Notes: generated by a model from the sequence alone, not told the origin. A stretch of DNA of 64,000 nucleotides from a bacterium (GCA_022828125.1 JAJEJD010000012.1:1309-65308), one strand, 5' to 3'. Counted from the first letter of the stretch, positions 9,891-19,965 are shown. Numbers and translations are program-made.

Positions 9891-10031
9891 GGACTTACCT
9901 CAAAAAGCGGCCTCTTTCGCTCAGCCCCCGCGCCGGGCCCTAATCTGCCGGTTACTTATTAGGGAAAATCCATTCCCCACCCCGGCGCAGCGCCCTTGAC
10001 ACGGGGAAAATCGCCCCATATCTTGCATAAA

Positions 10032-10058
10032 TTAGCACTCCATACGCCGGAGTGCCAC
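10032..10058 (+). promoter_or_regulatory. CIRCE operator (HrcA binding site) upstream of hrcA
   Basis: TTAGCACTC-N9-GAGTGCCAC, an inverted repeat matching the CIRCE consensus TTAGCACTC-N9-GAGTGCTAA at 16 of 18 positions, about 45 bp before the hrcA ATG. Confidence 0.65.
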
Positions 10059-10102
10059 ACCAAAATTCAGCGTGAAAGACGCCGAACCGGGAGACTCTCG
10101 AA

Positions 10103-11152
10103 ATGGACGCCCTGGAACTCGCCCGGAGAAACCGGGAAATCCTGCGCGCCATCATCAACATTTTCGTGGATACGGGCGAACCCGTGGGGAGCCGCACGCT
10201 CTCGAAACATACGGACATCGCCCTGAGCCCCGCCACCATCCGCAACATCATGAGTGATCTCGCCGATGCGGGCTTCCTCACCAAACCCCACGTCTCCTCC
10301 GGCAGGCTCCCCACCGACCTGGGGTACCGCATTTTCGTCGATGATTTGATGGATTCGCACACCCTCACGAGCGAGGAGCAGGAATCCATGCGACTCGGCG
10401 CCTCCGCGCAGGCCGCGCAAATCGAACAGGTGCTCGCCCAGGCCACGCGCATACTTTCGGAACTCACCAACACCGCCGGTCTCGTGCTGCTGCCCGCAGG
10501 GGAGCAGCTCCACTTCAAGCACATCAACTTCGTGAAGATGTCGGAGGAAAAAACGCTGGCCGTCATCGTCTCCATGAGCGGGGTGGTGCAAAACCGCGTC
10601 ATCCCGACCGAGACCCCCATGAGCCAGGATGAGCTGAACAGGATTTCGAACATGCTGAACGAAGAGTTCAGCGGCCTCGCCCTGAGAGAGGTGCGCGAGA
10701 AGATCGTCCAGAAAATGGCTCACGCGAGGGAGGGCCTCGACACCCTCTACCGCCAGGCCCTGGAACTCAGCAAAGAGGCGCTCACAGAAAGCGAAGAGGC
10801 GCAGGAATCTATTTTCGTCGAGGGGGCCTCGCGCGTGTTCTCACAGCCTGATTTCGCCACTAACGCCGAAAAGCTCCAGTCCCTCTACCGCACGTTCGAG
10901 GAGAGGGAGAAGCTCGTACGCCTGCTGGACAAGTGCCTCGGCTCAGAGGACATCACCATTCTCATCGGTTCGGAGAACGATTTCGAGGAGATGAAGGATT
11001 GCAGCGTCGTCGCCCAGCGCTACTACATGGACGACCGCCCGCTGGGCAGCATCGGCATCATCGGCCCCAAGCGCATGCGCTACGATCGCGCCGTGTCGCT
11101 CGTGGAATGGACGGCGGACTCGGTGTCGAAATTCCTCTCCTCGGGAAAATAA
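10103..11152 (+). CDS. hrcA: Heat-inducible transcription repressor HrcA
   Basis: 349 aa. N-terminal winged helix (ILRAIINIFVDTGEPVGSRTLSK). HrcA-typical length and C-terminal region. Confidence 0.9.
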   Translation: MDALELARRNREILRAIINIFVDTGEPVGSRTLSKHTDIALSPATIRNIMSDLADAGFLTKPHVSSGRLPTDLGYRIFVDDLMDSHTLTSEEQESMRLGASAQAAQIEQVLAQATRILSELTNTAGLVLLPAGEQLHFKHINFVKMSEEKTLAVIVSMSGVVQNRVIPTETPMSQDELNRISNMLNEEFSGLALREVREKIVQKMAHAREGLDTLYRQALELSKEALTESEEAQESIFVEGASRVFSQPDFATNAEKLQSLYRTFEEREKLVRLLDKCLGSEDITILIGSENDFEEMKDCSVVAQRYYMDDRPLGSIGIIGPKRMRYDRAVSLVEWTADSVSKFLSSGK

Positions 11153-11269
11153 CGGGCGAACAAGCATTTTTTCGGTTTTCTGACCGGTTCGGTATTCCAG
11201 AGAAAAAAAGGTTGTGGTAGTTTCCTCCGCGCGGACGGCATCCGTCCGGATGTCCCGAATTTTCCAGGC

Positions 11270-13501
11270 TTGCTCAAGCAAGCCATCCCCCGTCGCATCG
11301 CTTCGAGCTTGCGCAAGTCGATGACCCTGGACGGGGAAGGAGCCTGCCGAAAGATGAAAATCGCCATCGTCTACAACAGGGAAAGCAAGAACGTCATCAA
11401 CCTCTTCGGGATGCCGAACCAGGAGAGGATAGGTCTCAGGACCATCCGACGCCTGGCGACCGCGCTCCGGCGCGGGGGGCACGAGGTCGTCTCCCTCGAG
11501 GGAGACAAACAGTTGATCGACCGTCTCGAGGAATTCATGCCCCGCGTCGTGGAAGGAGAGCGTCCGGGCATGGTGTTCAACGTCTCCTACGGCATTCAGG
11601 GCCAAGCCCGCTACACGCACGTGCCGAGTATTCTGGAGATGGCCGGCATTCCCTATGTCGCCTCCGGGCCGCTCGGCCACTCTCTGGCGCTCGACAAGGC
11701 GGTCGCCAAGATCATCCTGAAACAGCACGACGTCCCGACGCCCGACTTCACGATGCTTGAGGCGCCGGATTCCCCCATCTCCGACATTCGCTTCCCTCTC
11801 ATCGTCAAGCCGAAGAACGAGGCCGTGTCGTTCGGCCTCAAGGTCGTTCACGACGAATCGGAACTGAGAGAGGCCTCCAAGGTCATCTTCGACAGGTTCC
11901 GGCAAGCCGTCCTGGCCGAGCAATACATCGAGGGGCGCGAGATCAACGTCGGGCTGCTCGGAAACGACCCGCCCGAAGCGTTCCCCCCGGTCGAGCTCGA
12001 TTTCGGCGAGGGTCCGAAAATCTATACGTATGAAGACAAGACCGGAAGAAGCGAACGCACGATTTCTCACGTCTGTCCGGCTCCCCTGTCCAGCGAGCAA
12101 ACCGCTCAAGCCTGTGAGATTGCCGCACAGGCGTTCAAGGCGCTCAACCTCTACGACTGCGCCCGCGTGGACATGCGGCTGGACGATGAGGGGAATTTCT
12201 ACGTGCTGGAAGTCAATAGCCTGCCCAGCCTGGGCGAGCACGGGTCGTATCTCGTGGGCGCGAGCGCGGTGGGGCTTGATTTCGAGAAATTCGCCAACCG
12301 CCTCGTCGAGGTCGCCAGCGCGCGATACTTCGGAATGCCTGAACCCGTCTCGCTCGACGTAAGCAAGGTCGACCCGAAGAATCACGCCGTCTCCTACATC
12401 ACCCAGCGCCGAAGGCAAATCGAGACCAGCCTCAGGCAATGGGTCGGCATTCCGAGCCGCACTTCCGACCCGATAGGAATCCGCCAGGCTACGGAGCACG
12501 CGACGCGGATATTCGAAAACCTGGGCCTCAAGGAAGCGGAGGAGTTCACCGACGAACCCGAAACCATCGCCTGGGAAACGCGGGCGGGCATGGAGGGAGG
12601 CGTGCTGCTCATCGCGCAACTGGATGTCCCGCTCGATCCATCCGCCGCGCATCAACCCTTCCGGCGGACTCCCGAGCACCTGTTCGGCGAAGGCGTGGGC
12701 CGCTCGCGCGCGCCTCTCGTGATGCTCGAGTACGCGTTTCGCTCCCTGAGAAGCCTGCGGCGCTTGCGCCACCTGAAGGCCGGGGTTCTCCTGTACGCCG
12801 ACGAAGGACGAAGCGCGCGCCACAGCGCGCGATTCATCCAGGCGGCCGCCGCAAAGGCGAAGGAAGTCTTCGTCCTGCGGCCCGGCACGACCAGCGGCGG
12901 CGTCATCACCCGCAGGAACGGCGTGCGGATATTCACCCTCAACGTAACCGGAGAGAGCCTCAGCCTGAGCAGCGGCGCCCGAAGAGAACCTCCGATACGC
13001 TGGACGATGGAAAAACTCCAGGACCTCTCTCGCGTCAACTCCCCGCAGGAACGCATTGCGCTCTCGATCTTCGACGTGCGGACACAAAGACACCCGATGC
13101 GGCTCCCGCACAAGGTGGTCGCAACGCTGGTGTTGAACTACCGGGATTCGGAAAACGCCGACCGGGCAGAAGAAGAGATGCGCGACATCCTGGGGCGCAG
13201 AGGGCCGAAATGGGATCTCTCCGTGCAGTCCGCCCGGCCTCCATTCGCCGGAACCGCCGTCCAGCGGCAATTGTCCGGCTCACTCACGCGCATCGCTTCG
13301 GAACTCTCGATTCCCCTGCGGACCAAAACCTCCGCATGGCCCAGCGTGGCGGGCCTGATACCTCGCGACACCCCGTGCGTCTGCGGAGTCGGTCCGACGA
13401 CCATCGATGCGGGCACGCCCCAGGAGGCTATCGAACGTATCAGCCTGGTGCAGCGCACCCTGCTGCTCGCAACGTTTCTCGCCTCCAAAACCAAGGGTTG
13501 A
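11270..13501 (+). CDS. Fusion protein: D-alanine--D-alanine ligase-like ATP-grasp domain plus a C-terminal M20-peptidase-like domain, apparently degenerate
   Basis: 743 aa. N-terminal half has Ddl-family motifs (KIAIVYN..., EQYIEGREINVGLLGN, CARVDMRLDDEGNFYVLEVNSLPSL). C-terminal half has M20 architecture (IPSRTSD, LIAQLDVP where M20 has HxDVVP, LLYADEGRS, dimerisation-like insert, CGVGPTTIDAG). Confidence 0.55.
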   Translation: MLKQAIPRRIASSLRKSMTLDGEGACRKMKIAIVYNRESKNVINLFGMPNQERIGLRTIRRLATALRRGGHEVVSLEGDKQLIDRLEEFMPRVVEGERPGMVFNVSYGIQGQARYTHVPSILEMAGIPYVASGPLGHSLALDKAVAKIILKQHDVPTPDFTMLEAPDSPISDIRFPLIVKPKNEAVSFGLKVVHDESELREASKVIFDRFRQAVLAEQYIEGREINVGLLGNDPPEAFPPVELDFGEGPKIYTYEDKTGRSERTISHVCPAPLSSEQTAQACEIAAQAFKALNLYDCARVDMRLDDEGNFYVLEVNSLPSLGEHGSYLVGASAVGLDFEKFANRLVEVASARYFGMPEPVSLDVSKVDPKNHAVSYITQRRRQIETSLRQWVGIPSRTSDPIGIRQATEHATRIFENLGLKEAEEFTDEPETIAWETRAGMEGGVLLIAQLDVPLDPSAAHQPFRRTPEHLFGEGVGRSRAPLVMLEYAFRSLRSLRRLRHLKAGVLLYADEGRSARHSARFIQAAAAKAKEVFVLRPGTTSGGVITRRNGVRIFTLNVTGESLSLSSGARREPPIRWTMEKLQDLSRVNSPQERIALSIFDVRTQRHPMRLPHKVVATLVLNYRDSENADRAEEEMRDILGRRGPKWDLSVQSARPPFAGTAVQRQLSGSLTRIASELSIPLRTKTSAWPSVAGLIPRDTPCVCGVGPTTIDAGTPQEAIERISLVQRTLLLATFLASKTKG

Positions 13502-13507
13502 GATAAG

Positions 13508-15187
13508 ATGAACGCGAATTCCCCCAAAAAAACGACCGCCCCCAAGAAAACCTCCAGAGCAACCACACGACGCAAACCCCGGCAGGAGGTCGATTCAGAA
13601 TTCCTGGAACTGAGCGACCACCGCATCCACGAGCCGCAGCGAGTCGCGGTCGCATCTCACGGGATGATCTCCACCGCGCACCACGGCGCGACGGCCGCGG
13701 GCGTCGAGGTGATGAGCGACGGCGGCAACGCCGTCGACGCCGCCGTCGCGGCCGCATTCGCCCTGGGTGTCTGTGAGCCTGCGGCTTCGGGCCTCGGCGG
13801 GCAGACGATGATGCTCATCCACCACGCGGCCACGGGCCGCACCATCGCCCTCGACGGCTCGTCCCGCGCGCCCAACCGCGCGAACATCGAGGAATTTCGC
13901 AACCTTCGGGCTGAACGCCGACGGGGACACCGCGCCACCACCGTCCCCAGCACGCCGGCCGTTCTCGAATACGCGCTCAGGACCTACGGGAAACTCGCGC
14001 TGCCCCGCATTCTCGAGCCGTCCATCCGCCTTGCGGAAAAGGGATACGAAGTCAGCGTCCTTCAATACCGCCTCACGCGGCGTGAACTGAAGTATCTACG
14101 CGATTCCTCGGCGGCGCCGCTCTTTCTTCGCGACGCGAGAAACGCATGGCGCGCGGGCAGCACGTTCCGCCAGCCCGTACTGGCCGAAACCCTGCGGCGA
14201 CTGGCGAAGCGGGGAGTCGAAGACTTCTATCAGGGAGAAATGGCGCGCTCCATCGAAAAGGACATGGAGCGCAACGGGGGCTTCCTTCGAATGGACGACC
14301 TCTCGCAGATACCCTGGCCCGTCGAGAGGAATCCTCTTTCGGGTCGTTTTCAGGGACACCGCGTGTTCACGATGCCGCCGCCCGGCGCCGGCCGCACCCT
14401 GATCGAGATGATGAACATCTACCAGCATCTACCCAAACCCATGCAGAACATCGACAGCAAGCTCGGCGCCGTGCTGTTCGCCGAAACCATACGCCGCGCC
14501 TTTCTGGACCGGCGAGATCGCCCCTTCGACCCGAATCTCTATTCCCAGGTCACGGAGAAGACCATGCTCAGCGCCAGGTATGCGACGAGGGTGGCGCACC
14601 AGATCCGTGAGCGCATCGTCGGAAAGGGCGAGACGACGCATCTCTCGGCCATGGATCAGGAGGGGAACGTCGTGGCGCTCACGCAGTCCATCGAAAACGT
14701 CTACGGCTCATGCGAGGCGAACCCCGAGCTCGGCTTTTTGTACAACAACTACCTGAGCGCATTCGAATACACCGATATGTCCCACCCCTATTATTTGCGC
14801 CCCAACGCCGTCCCGTGGGCGAGCGTGGCCCCGACAATCGTGTTTCGTGCCGACCGCCCCTGGCTGGCCATCGGCTCGCCGGGCAGCGAAAGGATTACAT
14901 CCTCCATCCTGCAGGTGCTCATCCGGCTGGAGGGGAAGGCCGAGCCACTCGCGGCGGTGGATGCGCCGAGGCTGCATTGCTCGGTAAACGGACGTGTCTC
15001 CCTGGAAGCATCGCGTATGCGAAGCGACCTGCCCGACGCCCTGCAAAGACACGGCTTCGAAGTGAATCACCTCGAGCCCTATTCGTTCTACCTTGGCTGC
15101 GTTCAGTTGGTGATGCGCCGCGGCGAAGAACTCGTCGGAGTCGCTGACCCGCGCAGGGACGGAGCCGCAGGCGGGGTGAACGGTTGA
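13508..15187 (+). CDS. ggt: Gamma-glutamyltransferase family protein (no obvious signal peptide)
   Basis: 559 aa. GGT-family motifs include the catalytic Thr context (GETTHLSAMDQEGNVVALTQSIENVYGS). 6-bp gap after the upstream gene. Confidence 0.8.
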   Translation: MNANSPKKTTAPKKTSRATTRRKPRQEVDSEFLELSDHRIHEPQRVAVASHGMISTAHHGATAAGVEVMSDGGNAVDAAVAAAFALGVCEPAASGLGGQTMMLIHHAATGRTIALDGSSRAPNRANIEEFRNLRAERRRGHRATTVPSTPAVLEYALRTYGKLALPRILEPSIRLAEKGYEVSVLQYRLTRRELKYLRDSSAAPLFLRDARNAWRAGSTFRQPVLAETLRRLAKRGVEDFYQGEMARSIEKDMERNGGFLRMDDLSQIPWPVERNPLSGRFQGHRVFTMPPPGAGRTLIEMMNIYQHLPKPMQNIDSKLGAVLFAETIRRAFLDRRDRPFDPNLYSQVTEKTMLSARYATRVAHQIRERIVGKGETTHLSAMDQEGNVVALTQSIENVYGSCEANPELGFLYNNYLSAFEYTDMSHPYYLRPNAVPWASVAPTIVFRADRPWLAIGSPGSERITSSILQVLIRLEGKAEPLAAVDAPRLHCSVNGRVSLEASRMRSDLPDALQRHGFEVNHLEPYSFYLGCVQLVMRRGEELVGVADPRRDGAAGGVNG

Positions 15188-15888
15188 AGCTCCCGCTTCT
15201 CCTCTCCGTGCCCCACACGGGCCTTCGCATTCCACCGGAGGCCGAACCCTATTGCCGCCTTACCCCTGCCCAGGTGGCCGAAGACGGGGACGTCGGCGCC
15301 GCCGAGATATTCGACGTCAGCGAAGAAGTCGAGGCCTTGGTTTTTTCCGACGTCGCCCGGGCGATCGTTGATCTGAACCGCTCACCGACCGACCGCCGCA
15401 GGGACGGCGTCGTGAAAACCCACACCTGCTGGGAGGTTCAGGTCTACGATCCGTTTCCGCCTGAAGAAACAATCGACGCCATGCTCGAATCATACTACTT
15501 TCCTTATCACCGCCGTCTCGCAGAACTCGGGAAAAGCGGTGAATTCCCGCTCGCCATGGATTGCCATACGATGGCCGCTTTCGGCCCGCCCGTCGGTCCG
15601 GACCCCGGGCAGGAACGCCCCCAGGTGTGCCTGAGCAATGGCGAGGGCACGTGTTCCGATGAATGGATCAGCTCCCTCCAAATCGCTTTCCAGCGGCATT
15701 TCGAGGGCGACGTGACCGTCAATACCCCGTTCCGGGGAGGCTACATCACGCGCAACCATGCCGCAGAGATGCCCTGGGTCCAACTGGAAATCTCAAGAGC
15801 GCCCTTCGCGACGGATCAGGAGAAAAAGCGGCGGTTTCTGGCCGCCATCGCCGATTGGTGCGAAGAAACGACGGCAGGCGCCTGCTGA
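15184..15888 (+). CDS. N-formylglutamate amidohydrolase (FGase) family hydrolase
   Basis: 234 aa. N-terminus LLSVPHTG...IPPE and an internal DCHTM motif consistent with the FGase/zinc-carboxypeptidase-like family. 4-bp overlap with ggt. Confidence 0.5.
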   Translation: MKLPLLLSVPHTGLRIPPEAEPYCRLTPAQVAEDGDVGAAEIFDVSEEVEALVFSDVARAIVDLNRSPTDRRRDGVVKTHTCWEVQVYDPFPPEETIDAMLESYYFPYHRRLAELGKSGEFPLAMDCHTMAAFGPPVGPDPGQERPQVCLSNGEGTCSDEWISSLQIAFQRHFEGDVTVNTPFRGGYITRNHAAEMPWVQLEISRAPFATDQEKKRRFLAAIADWCEETTAGAC

Positions 15889-16017
15889 GCCGAGGCGCAT
15901 TCCGCCAGGACACCATTGCTGATAAAATGAAGATTCGTTCGACCCGCAAATACCCGCCCCACGGATAGCGAGGGGCGAAAAACGCTTCATCCCCTCCCCG
16001 GCGGAGGTCATGATTCC

Positions 16018-17103
16018 TTGAAGGTCGCCGACGCCCTGAAAATTCTGGGATTAGAGAGAAACCCCTCGGGGTCCCAACTCAAAAGCGCCTATAAGAAGCT
16101 GGCCCTGGAATTCCATCCGGACAGAAACCCCGGCGACCCCGAAGCCGAAAGGCGCTTCAAGCAGATCGTCATCGCCCACGAAACCCTGAAAAACCCGAAA
16201 CGCTCCGCCGACCGCGCTACCCCTCGGGGGCGGAAATCCGCGCGACAAAGAGGCGAGTACGAGGAAAAATGGGAGGACATCTTCTCCCATATCTTCCGGA
16301 GCGCGCGTGAACCGGAGGATAAGCAGAAAAGCGCACCCGGGGACTTGCACGCCCAGGTCGAAGTGACGCTTGAGGAATTGACGCGGGACTCCGAAAAAGA
16401 GGTTTCCGTATCGCGCCGCGTCCGCTGCGCCTCATGCGAGGGAAGCGGCTTTGAGGCAGGCGCGCAGAGGAGCGCCTGCCCCGCGTGCAAGGGCGCGGGC
16501 GAGGTTCGCTACAGACAAGGACTCGCGGAGTTGTGGGTTCCCTGCTCGGCTTGCGACGGGAGCGGTGAGCACACGGGCGAGGCGTGCCGGGCCTGCATGG
16601 GAGAGGGCGTCACGAGCAGGCGGGAGAACGTGATGTTGGCGATTCCCGCCGCGGCCAAAGAGGGCGCTCAGATCAAGCTCAAGGGTAAGGGCGATGAGGA
16701 CGCGCGCACCGGCGAGGCGGGAGACCTCATCGTCACGGTGCGCGCGAAGCCGCACCCCCTTTTCCAAAGAGAGGGCAACGACATCCTCCTCGACCTGCCG
16801 GTGAGCTTCTCCCAGGCCGCACTCGGTCATGAAGCCCTTATCCCCACGCTCAAGGATGCGCGGAAAATCAAGATTCCCGCGGGAATCCAGTCGGGACGGG
16901 AATTTCGCCTGAAAGGAGAAGGGCTCTCACCGGCGGGCGGGCGGAATACGGGCGACCTGCGCATCCGGGTGATCGTCGAAACGCCCACCAAGCTCAGCGA
17001 GCGCCAGCGTGAAATACTGGCCGAGTTCCAGGAAATCTCCTCGCCGTCCACGCATCCCAGAACCCGGTCATTTCTGGAGAAGATGAGAGGACTTCTCGAA
17101 TGA
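16018..17103 (+). CDS. dnaJ: DnaJ-family chaperone: J domain plus four CxxCxGxG zinc fingers plus a C-terminal substrate-binding domain. No G/F-rich linker.
   Basis: 361 aa. HPD motif (EFHPDRNP). CASCEGSG, CPACKGAG, CSACDGSG, CRACMGEG. The conserved prmA-rsmE neighbourhood downstream matches Firmicute dnaJ loci. Confidence 0.78.
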   Translation: MKVADALKILGLERNPSGSQLKSAYKKLALEFHPDRNPGDPEAERRFKQIVIAHETLKNPKRSADRATPRGRKSARQRGEYEEKWEDIFSHIFRSAREPEDKQKSAPGDLHAQVEVTLEELTRDSEKEVSVSRRVRCASCEGSGFEAGAQRSACPACKGAGEVRYRQGLAELWVPCSACDGSGEHTGEACRACMGEGVTSRRENVMLAIPAAAKEGAQIKLKGKGDEDARTGEAGDLIVTVRAKPHPLFQREGNDILLDLPVSFSQAALGHEALIPTLKDARKIKIPAGIQSGREFRLKGEGLSPAGGRNTGDLRIRVIVETPTKLSERQREILAEFQEISSPSTHPRTRSFLEKMRGLLE

Positions 17104-17220
17104 GGTGGCCCGGGCCGCCTTGTTGCCCTCTCGAATTCCTGCTACATAACTCATCCAGAAATCGAAATTCACCGCACAATTCAATATACCCTCGTACATC
17201 AGACACAGGAGCATCCTACA

Positions 17221-18306
17221 TTGTCGAATCAAGCACGCATCGATGAGTTCATCGAGAAGACACAAGCACTGAACGGCAAGCCCGTGCGCGAGCGCGAGGC
17301 GTGGAACAACGAGGCGAGCGCCGACGCCATCCGCCATTTCGCCTACGGCATCGACGACGACAACCCGCTCTGGCTGGACGCCGGATACGCTTCGGGCACA
17401 TCACACAAGAACATCATGGCGCCGCCGGCGTTTCTTGTGTCGGTCCTCTACCCGATCCTCCACGGCGCGCCCATGGAAGTGCCCCTCTCCTCCCTCATCG
17501 GGGGCGTGGAATTCGAATGGGAAAAACCCGTCTCCCGGGGAACCAAGCTCCGCGCCGAGTCGGTCCAGAAAGACTCTTTCGTCAAGACGAACAAGGCGGG
17601 CCGGCAGCTCATCTTCATCATCTCGGAGTGCACCTACTGGAACGAGGCGGATGAGGTCGTCGCCAGGGGCATCGGCACGATGATCAGGACCCTGCAGGAG
17701 GGAAACACGCTCCTCTACGAGCGGCCCGTCAAGAAGTATGACGAGGCGGAATTCGCAGAAATCGAAAACGCCTATGTGTCGGAAGAAAGAAGAGGCGGGG
17801 AGAAGCGCCGCTTCACGGACGTATCCGTAGGCGATGAGCTCCCGTCCATGCTCCGCGGCCCCCTCACCATCGGCGACATGGTGGCCTGGAACGCGGGCAA
17901 CGGCCCCTCCTACAAGGCGGGCAGGCGCGGCTATCTCGACCTAAAAAAGGCACCACACAACGCCGTCCTGATCCCCCAGATCGGGATCCAGGTGAAAAAC
18001 TCCCAGCAGCACGAGGACTTCAACCTCGCCTCGGGACGCGGGATGCCCGGGCCCTTCGACAACGGCGTCATGCGCTTCGCCTGGGTGAGCCCCTTCATCA
18101 CGAACTGGATGGGAGACGATGCGTTCCTGAAGAATCTCTACGTCCAGGTGCGCCGTCCCATGATCTACGGCGACACCATCTGGCATAAGGGTGAGGTGGT
18201 CGAGAAAAACGAGGCCGAGCGCACCGTGAAGGTGGAGATCACCGGAACGAACCAGGAGGGCGAGCTGGCGACGGCGGGCTCGGCCGTGGTCCGCCTGCCG
18301 GAATAA
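17221..18306 (+). CDS. MaoC/FAS1-like double hotdog acyl dehydratase family protein
   Basis: 361 aa, two hotdog-like halves. Family assignment by overall pattern only. Confidence 0.5.
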   Translation: MSNQARIDEFIEKTQALNGKPVREREAWNNEASADAIRHFAYGIDDDNPLWLDAGYASGTSHKNIMAPPAFLVSVLYPILHGAPMEVPLSSLIGGVEFEWEKPVSRGTKLRAESVQKDSFVKTNKAGRQLIFIISECTYWNEADEVVARGIGTMIRTLQEGNTLLYERPVKKYDEAEFAEIENAYVSEERRGGEKRRFTDVSVGDELPSMLRGPLTIGDMVAWNAGNGPSYKAGRRGYLDLKKAPHNAVLIPQIGIQVKNSQQHEDFNLASGRGMPGPFDNGVMRFAWVSPFITNWMGDDAFLKNLYVQVRRPMIYGDTIWHKGEVVEKNEAERTVKVEITGTNQEGELATAGSAVVRLPE

Positions 18307-18319
18307 ATCGCGAGAGCCT

Positions 18320-19198
18320 GTGAAGAAAAAATGGCTCGAACTCATCATCGAGGTTTCTGAGACCCTGGCCGAGGACGCCTCCGCACGGATACTGGAGGCA
18401 GGCGCTTCCGCCGTGGAGGAGCGGGAAGGCGCTGCGGGCGCGTCCGTGCTCATCACGCACATCGCGTTCGAGGACGGCGCGACCAAAAAACTCCGCGCGA
18501 TAGAAGCGCTGCTCGCCGCCATGGGCGTCTCGAAGAGCGCCATCACGTTAAAAAATATCGAGGATCAGGACTGGATCGCCCAGTCGCGCGGTCATTTCAA
18601 AGGCGAAGCCTACGGGGAGAGACTCTGGGTGAGGCCCCCCTGGGATGAGAGCGAGACGCTGGATGGGCGCGTCGAGTTGCTCATCGAACCCGGCCTCGCC
18701 TTCGGCACGGGCAGACACCCCTCCACCCACCTGGCCCTGCTCGCAACTGAGCGACAATGCGCCACAGTTCCTCCCGAGCGCATGGTGGACTTAGGCTGCG
18801 GTTCGGGCATCCTGGGCGTCGCCGCCCTGCTCTACGGCGCAAGGCGCGTAACGGCGCTCGACCTCGACCCAAAAGCCGTGGAGGAGACCATCGCCCTGGC
18901 GGAACGGAACGGGGTGGGAGACCGCATGACGGCGCTGGGCGCGACACTTGCGCCGGGCGCGCTTGCAGACTGGTGGGGCCGGGTTGATTTCGTAGCTGCG
19001 AACATCTTCCTGGACGCTCTCAGGGAACTCGCGCCGCTCATCCACGGGGCGCTCGCGCCTCGGGGCCGGGCCGTTCTCGCAGGGATAGGCTACGAGGGGG
19101 CGGAAGCTCTCGCCCGCATCTACGAAGAAGCCGGTTTCTCCATCGAGCATACGAACCAGATCGAGGAATGGGCGAGCATCGAGGTGATGAAACCATGA
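18320..19198 (+). CDS. prmA: Ribosomal protein L11 methyltransferase
   Basis: 292 aa. SAM-binding motif VDLGCGSGILGVAAL. PrmA-typical N-terminal domain. Sits downstream of dnaJ as in Bacillus. Confidence 0.85.
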   Translation: MKKKWLELIIEVSETLAEDASARILEAGASAVEEREGAAGASVLITHIAFEDGATKKLRAIEALLAAMGVSKSAITLKNIEDQDWIAQSRGHFKGEAYGERLWVRPPWDESETLDGRVELLIEPGLAFGTGRHPSTHLALLATERQCATVPPERMVDLGCGSGILGVAALLYGARRVTALDLDPKAVEETIALAERNGVGDRMTALGATLAPGALADWWGRVDFVAANIFLDALRELAPLIHGALAPRGRAVLAGIGYEGAEALARIYEEAGFSIEHTNQIEEWASIEVMKP

Positions 19199-19965
19199 CG
19201 CGCGACGGACTGCGGCTTTTCTACGTTCCAACCGAAGCGGTCCAGGGTGAGCAGGTCGTTCTCGGGGCGGAGGAATCCGCGCACATCCGCCGCGTCCTCA
19301 AGATGGGGGCGGGGGCGATCTGCCGCGTCGCGACGGAGGATGGACGCGAGTACAAGGTGGAGCTGACGGAAATCTCCGCAAGCGAAACCACCGCCCGAAT
19401 CATCGAGCGCCTGCCCGGAAGACCGCCCTCCCCCTTGTCCATCTCCTTAGGGCTTCCCCTCCTCAAAGGGGAGCGCTTCGAGTGGGTCCTCCAGAAAGGC
19501 TGCGAACTGGGCGCCGATGCGTTCTATCCGCTCGCGCTCGAGCGGTGCGAAGTCAGGATTCAGGAGAAAAGAAGCGCAGAGCGTCACAGGCGCTGGCGGC
19601 GCATCGTCCTGGAAGCCGCCAAGCAGTGCGACCGTGTGCCGCCGCCTGCTGCGCATCCGCTCGGAGGGCTGGAAGGGTTTCTCGCCGCGGCGGAGGATTT
19701 CGACCTGAAAATCTTAGGATTTCTGGGAGAAGATGCGCTTCCGGTCAAAGAGGCTTTATCACGCGAGGCTGGAGGCAAAACCAACGCGCCGCTTCGCGTC
19801 GCCATCCTCACGGGTCCGGAGGGCGACTTTACGGACGAGGAGGCGCAACGAGCGATGGAAAGCGGCTTCCTGCCGGTGTCATTAGGCCCCAGAATCCTGC
19901 GCGCGGACACTGCGCCCGTCTCTCTCCTCACCATCGCGCAGCACGCCCTGGGCGACATGGGCTGA
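19195..19965 (+). CDS. rsmE: 16S rRNA (uracil1498-N3)-methyltransferase RsmE
   Basis: RsmE family (PUA-like N-terminus, SPOUT C-terminus LTGPEGDFTDEE...LGPRILRADTA). ATGA start/stop overlap with prmA at 19195. An alternative upstream ATG lies at 19168. Confidence 0.8.
   Translation: MTRDGLRLFYVPTEAVQGEQVVLGAEESAHIRRVLKMGAGAICRVATEDGREYKVELTEISASETTARIIERLPGRPPSPLSISLGLPLLKGERFEWVLQKGCELGADAFYPLALERCEVRIQEKRSAERHRRWRRIVLEAAKQCDRVPPPAAHPLGGLEGFLAAAEDFDLKILGFLGEDALPVKEALSREAGGKTNAPLRVAILTGPEGDFTDEEAQRAMESGFLPVSLGPRILRADTAPVSLLTIAQHALGDMG

Noticed and set aside
10943-13270. 775-aa minus-strand ORF, the longest ORF in this region
   Set aside because: Antisense to the ATP-grasp/M20 gene, which has clear Ddl-like motifs. 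The long ORF is Arg/Gly/Asp-rich noise made possible by stop-codon scarcity at 65% GC.
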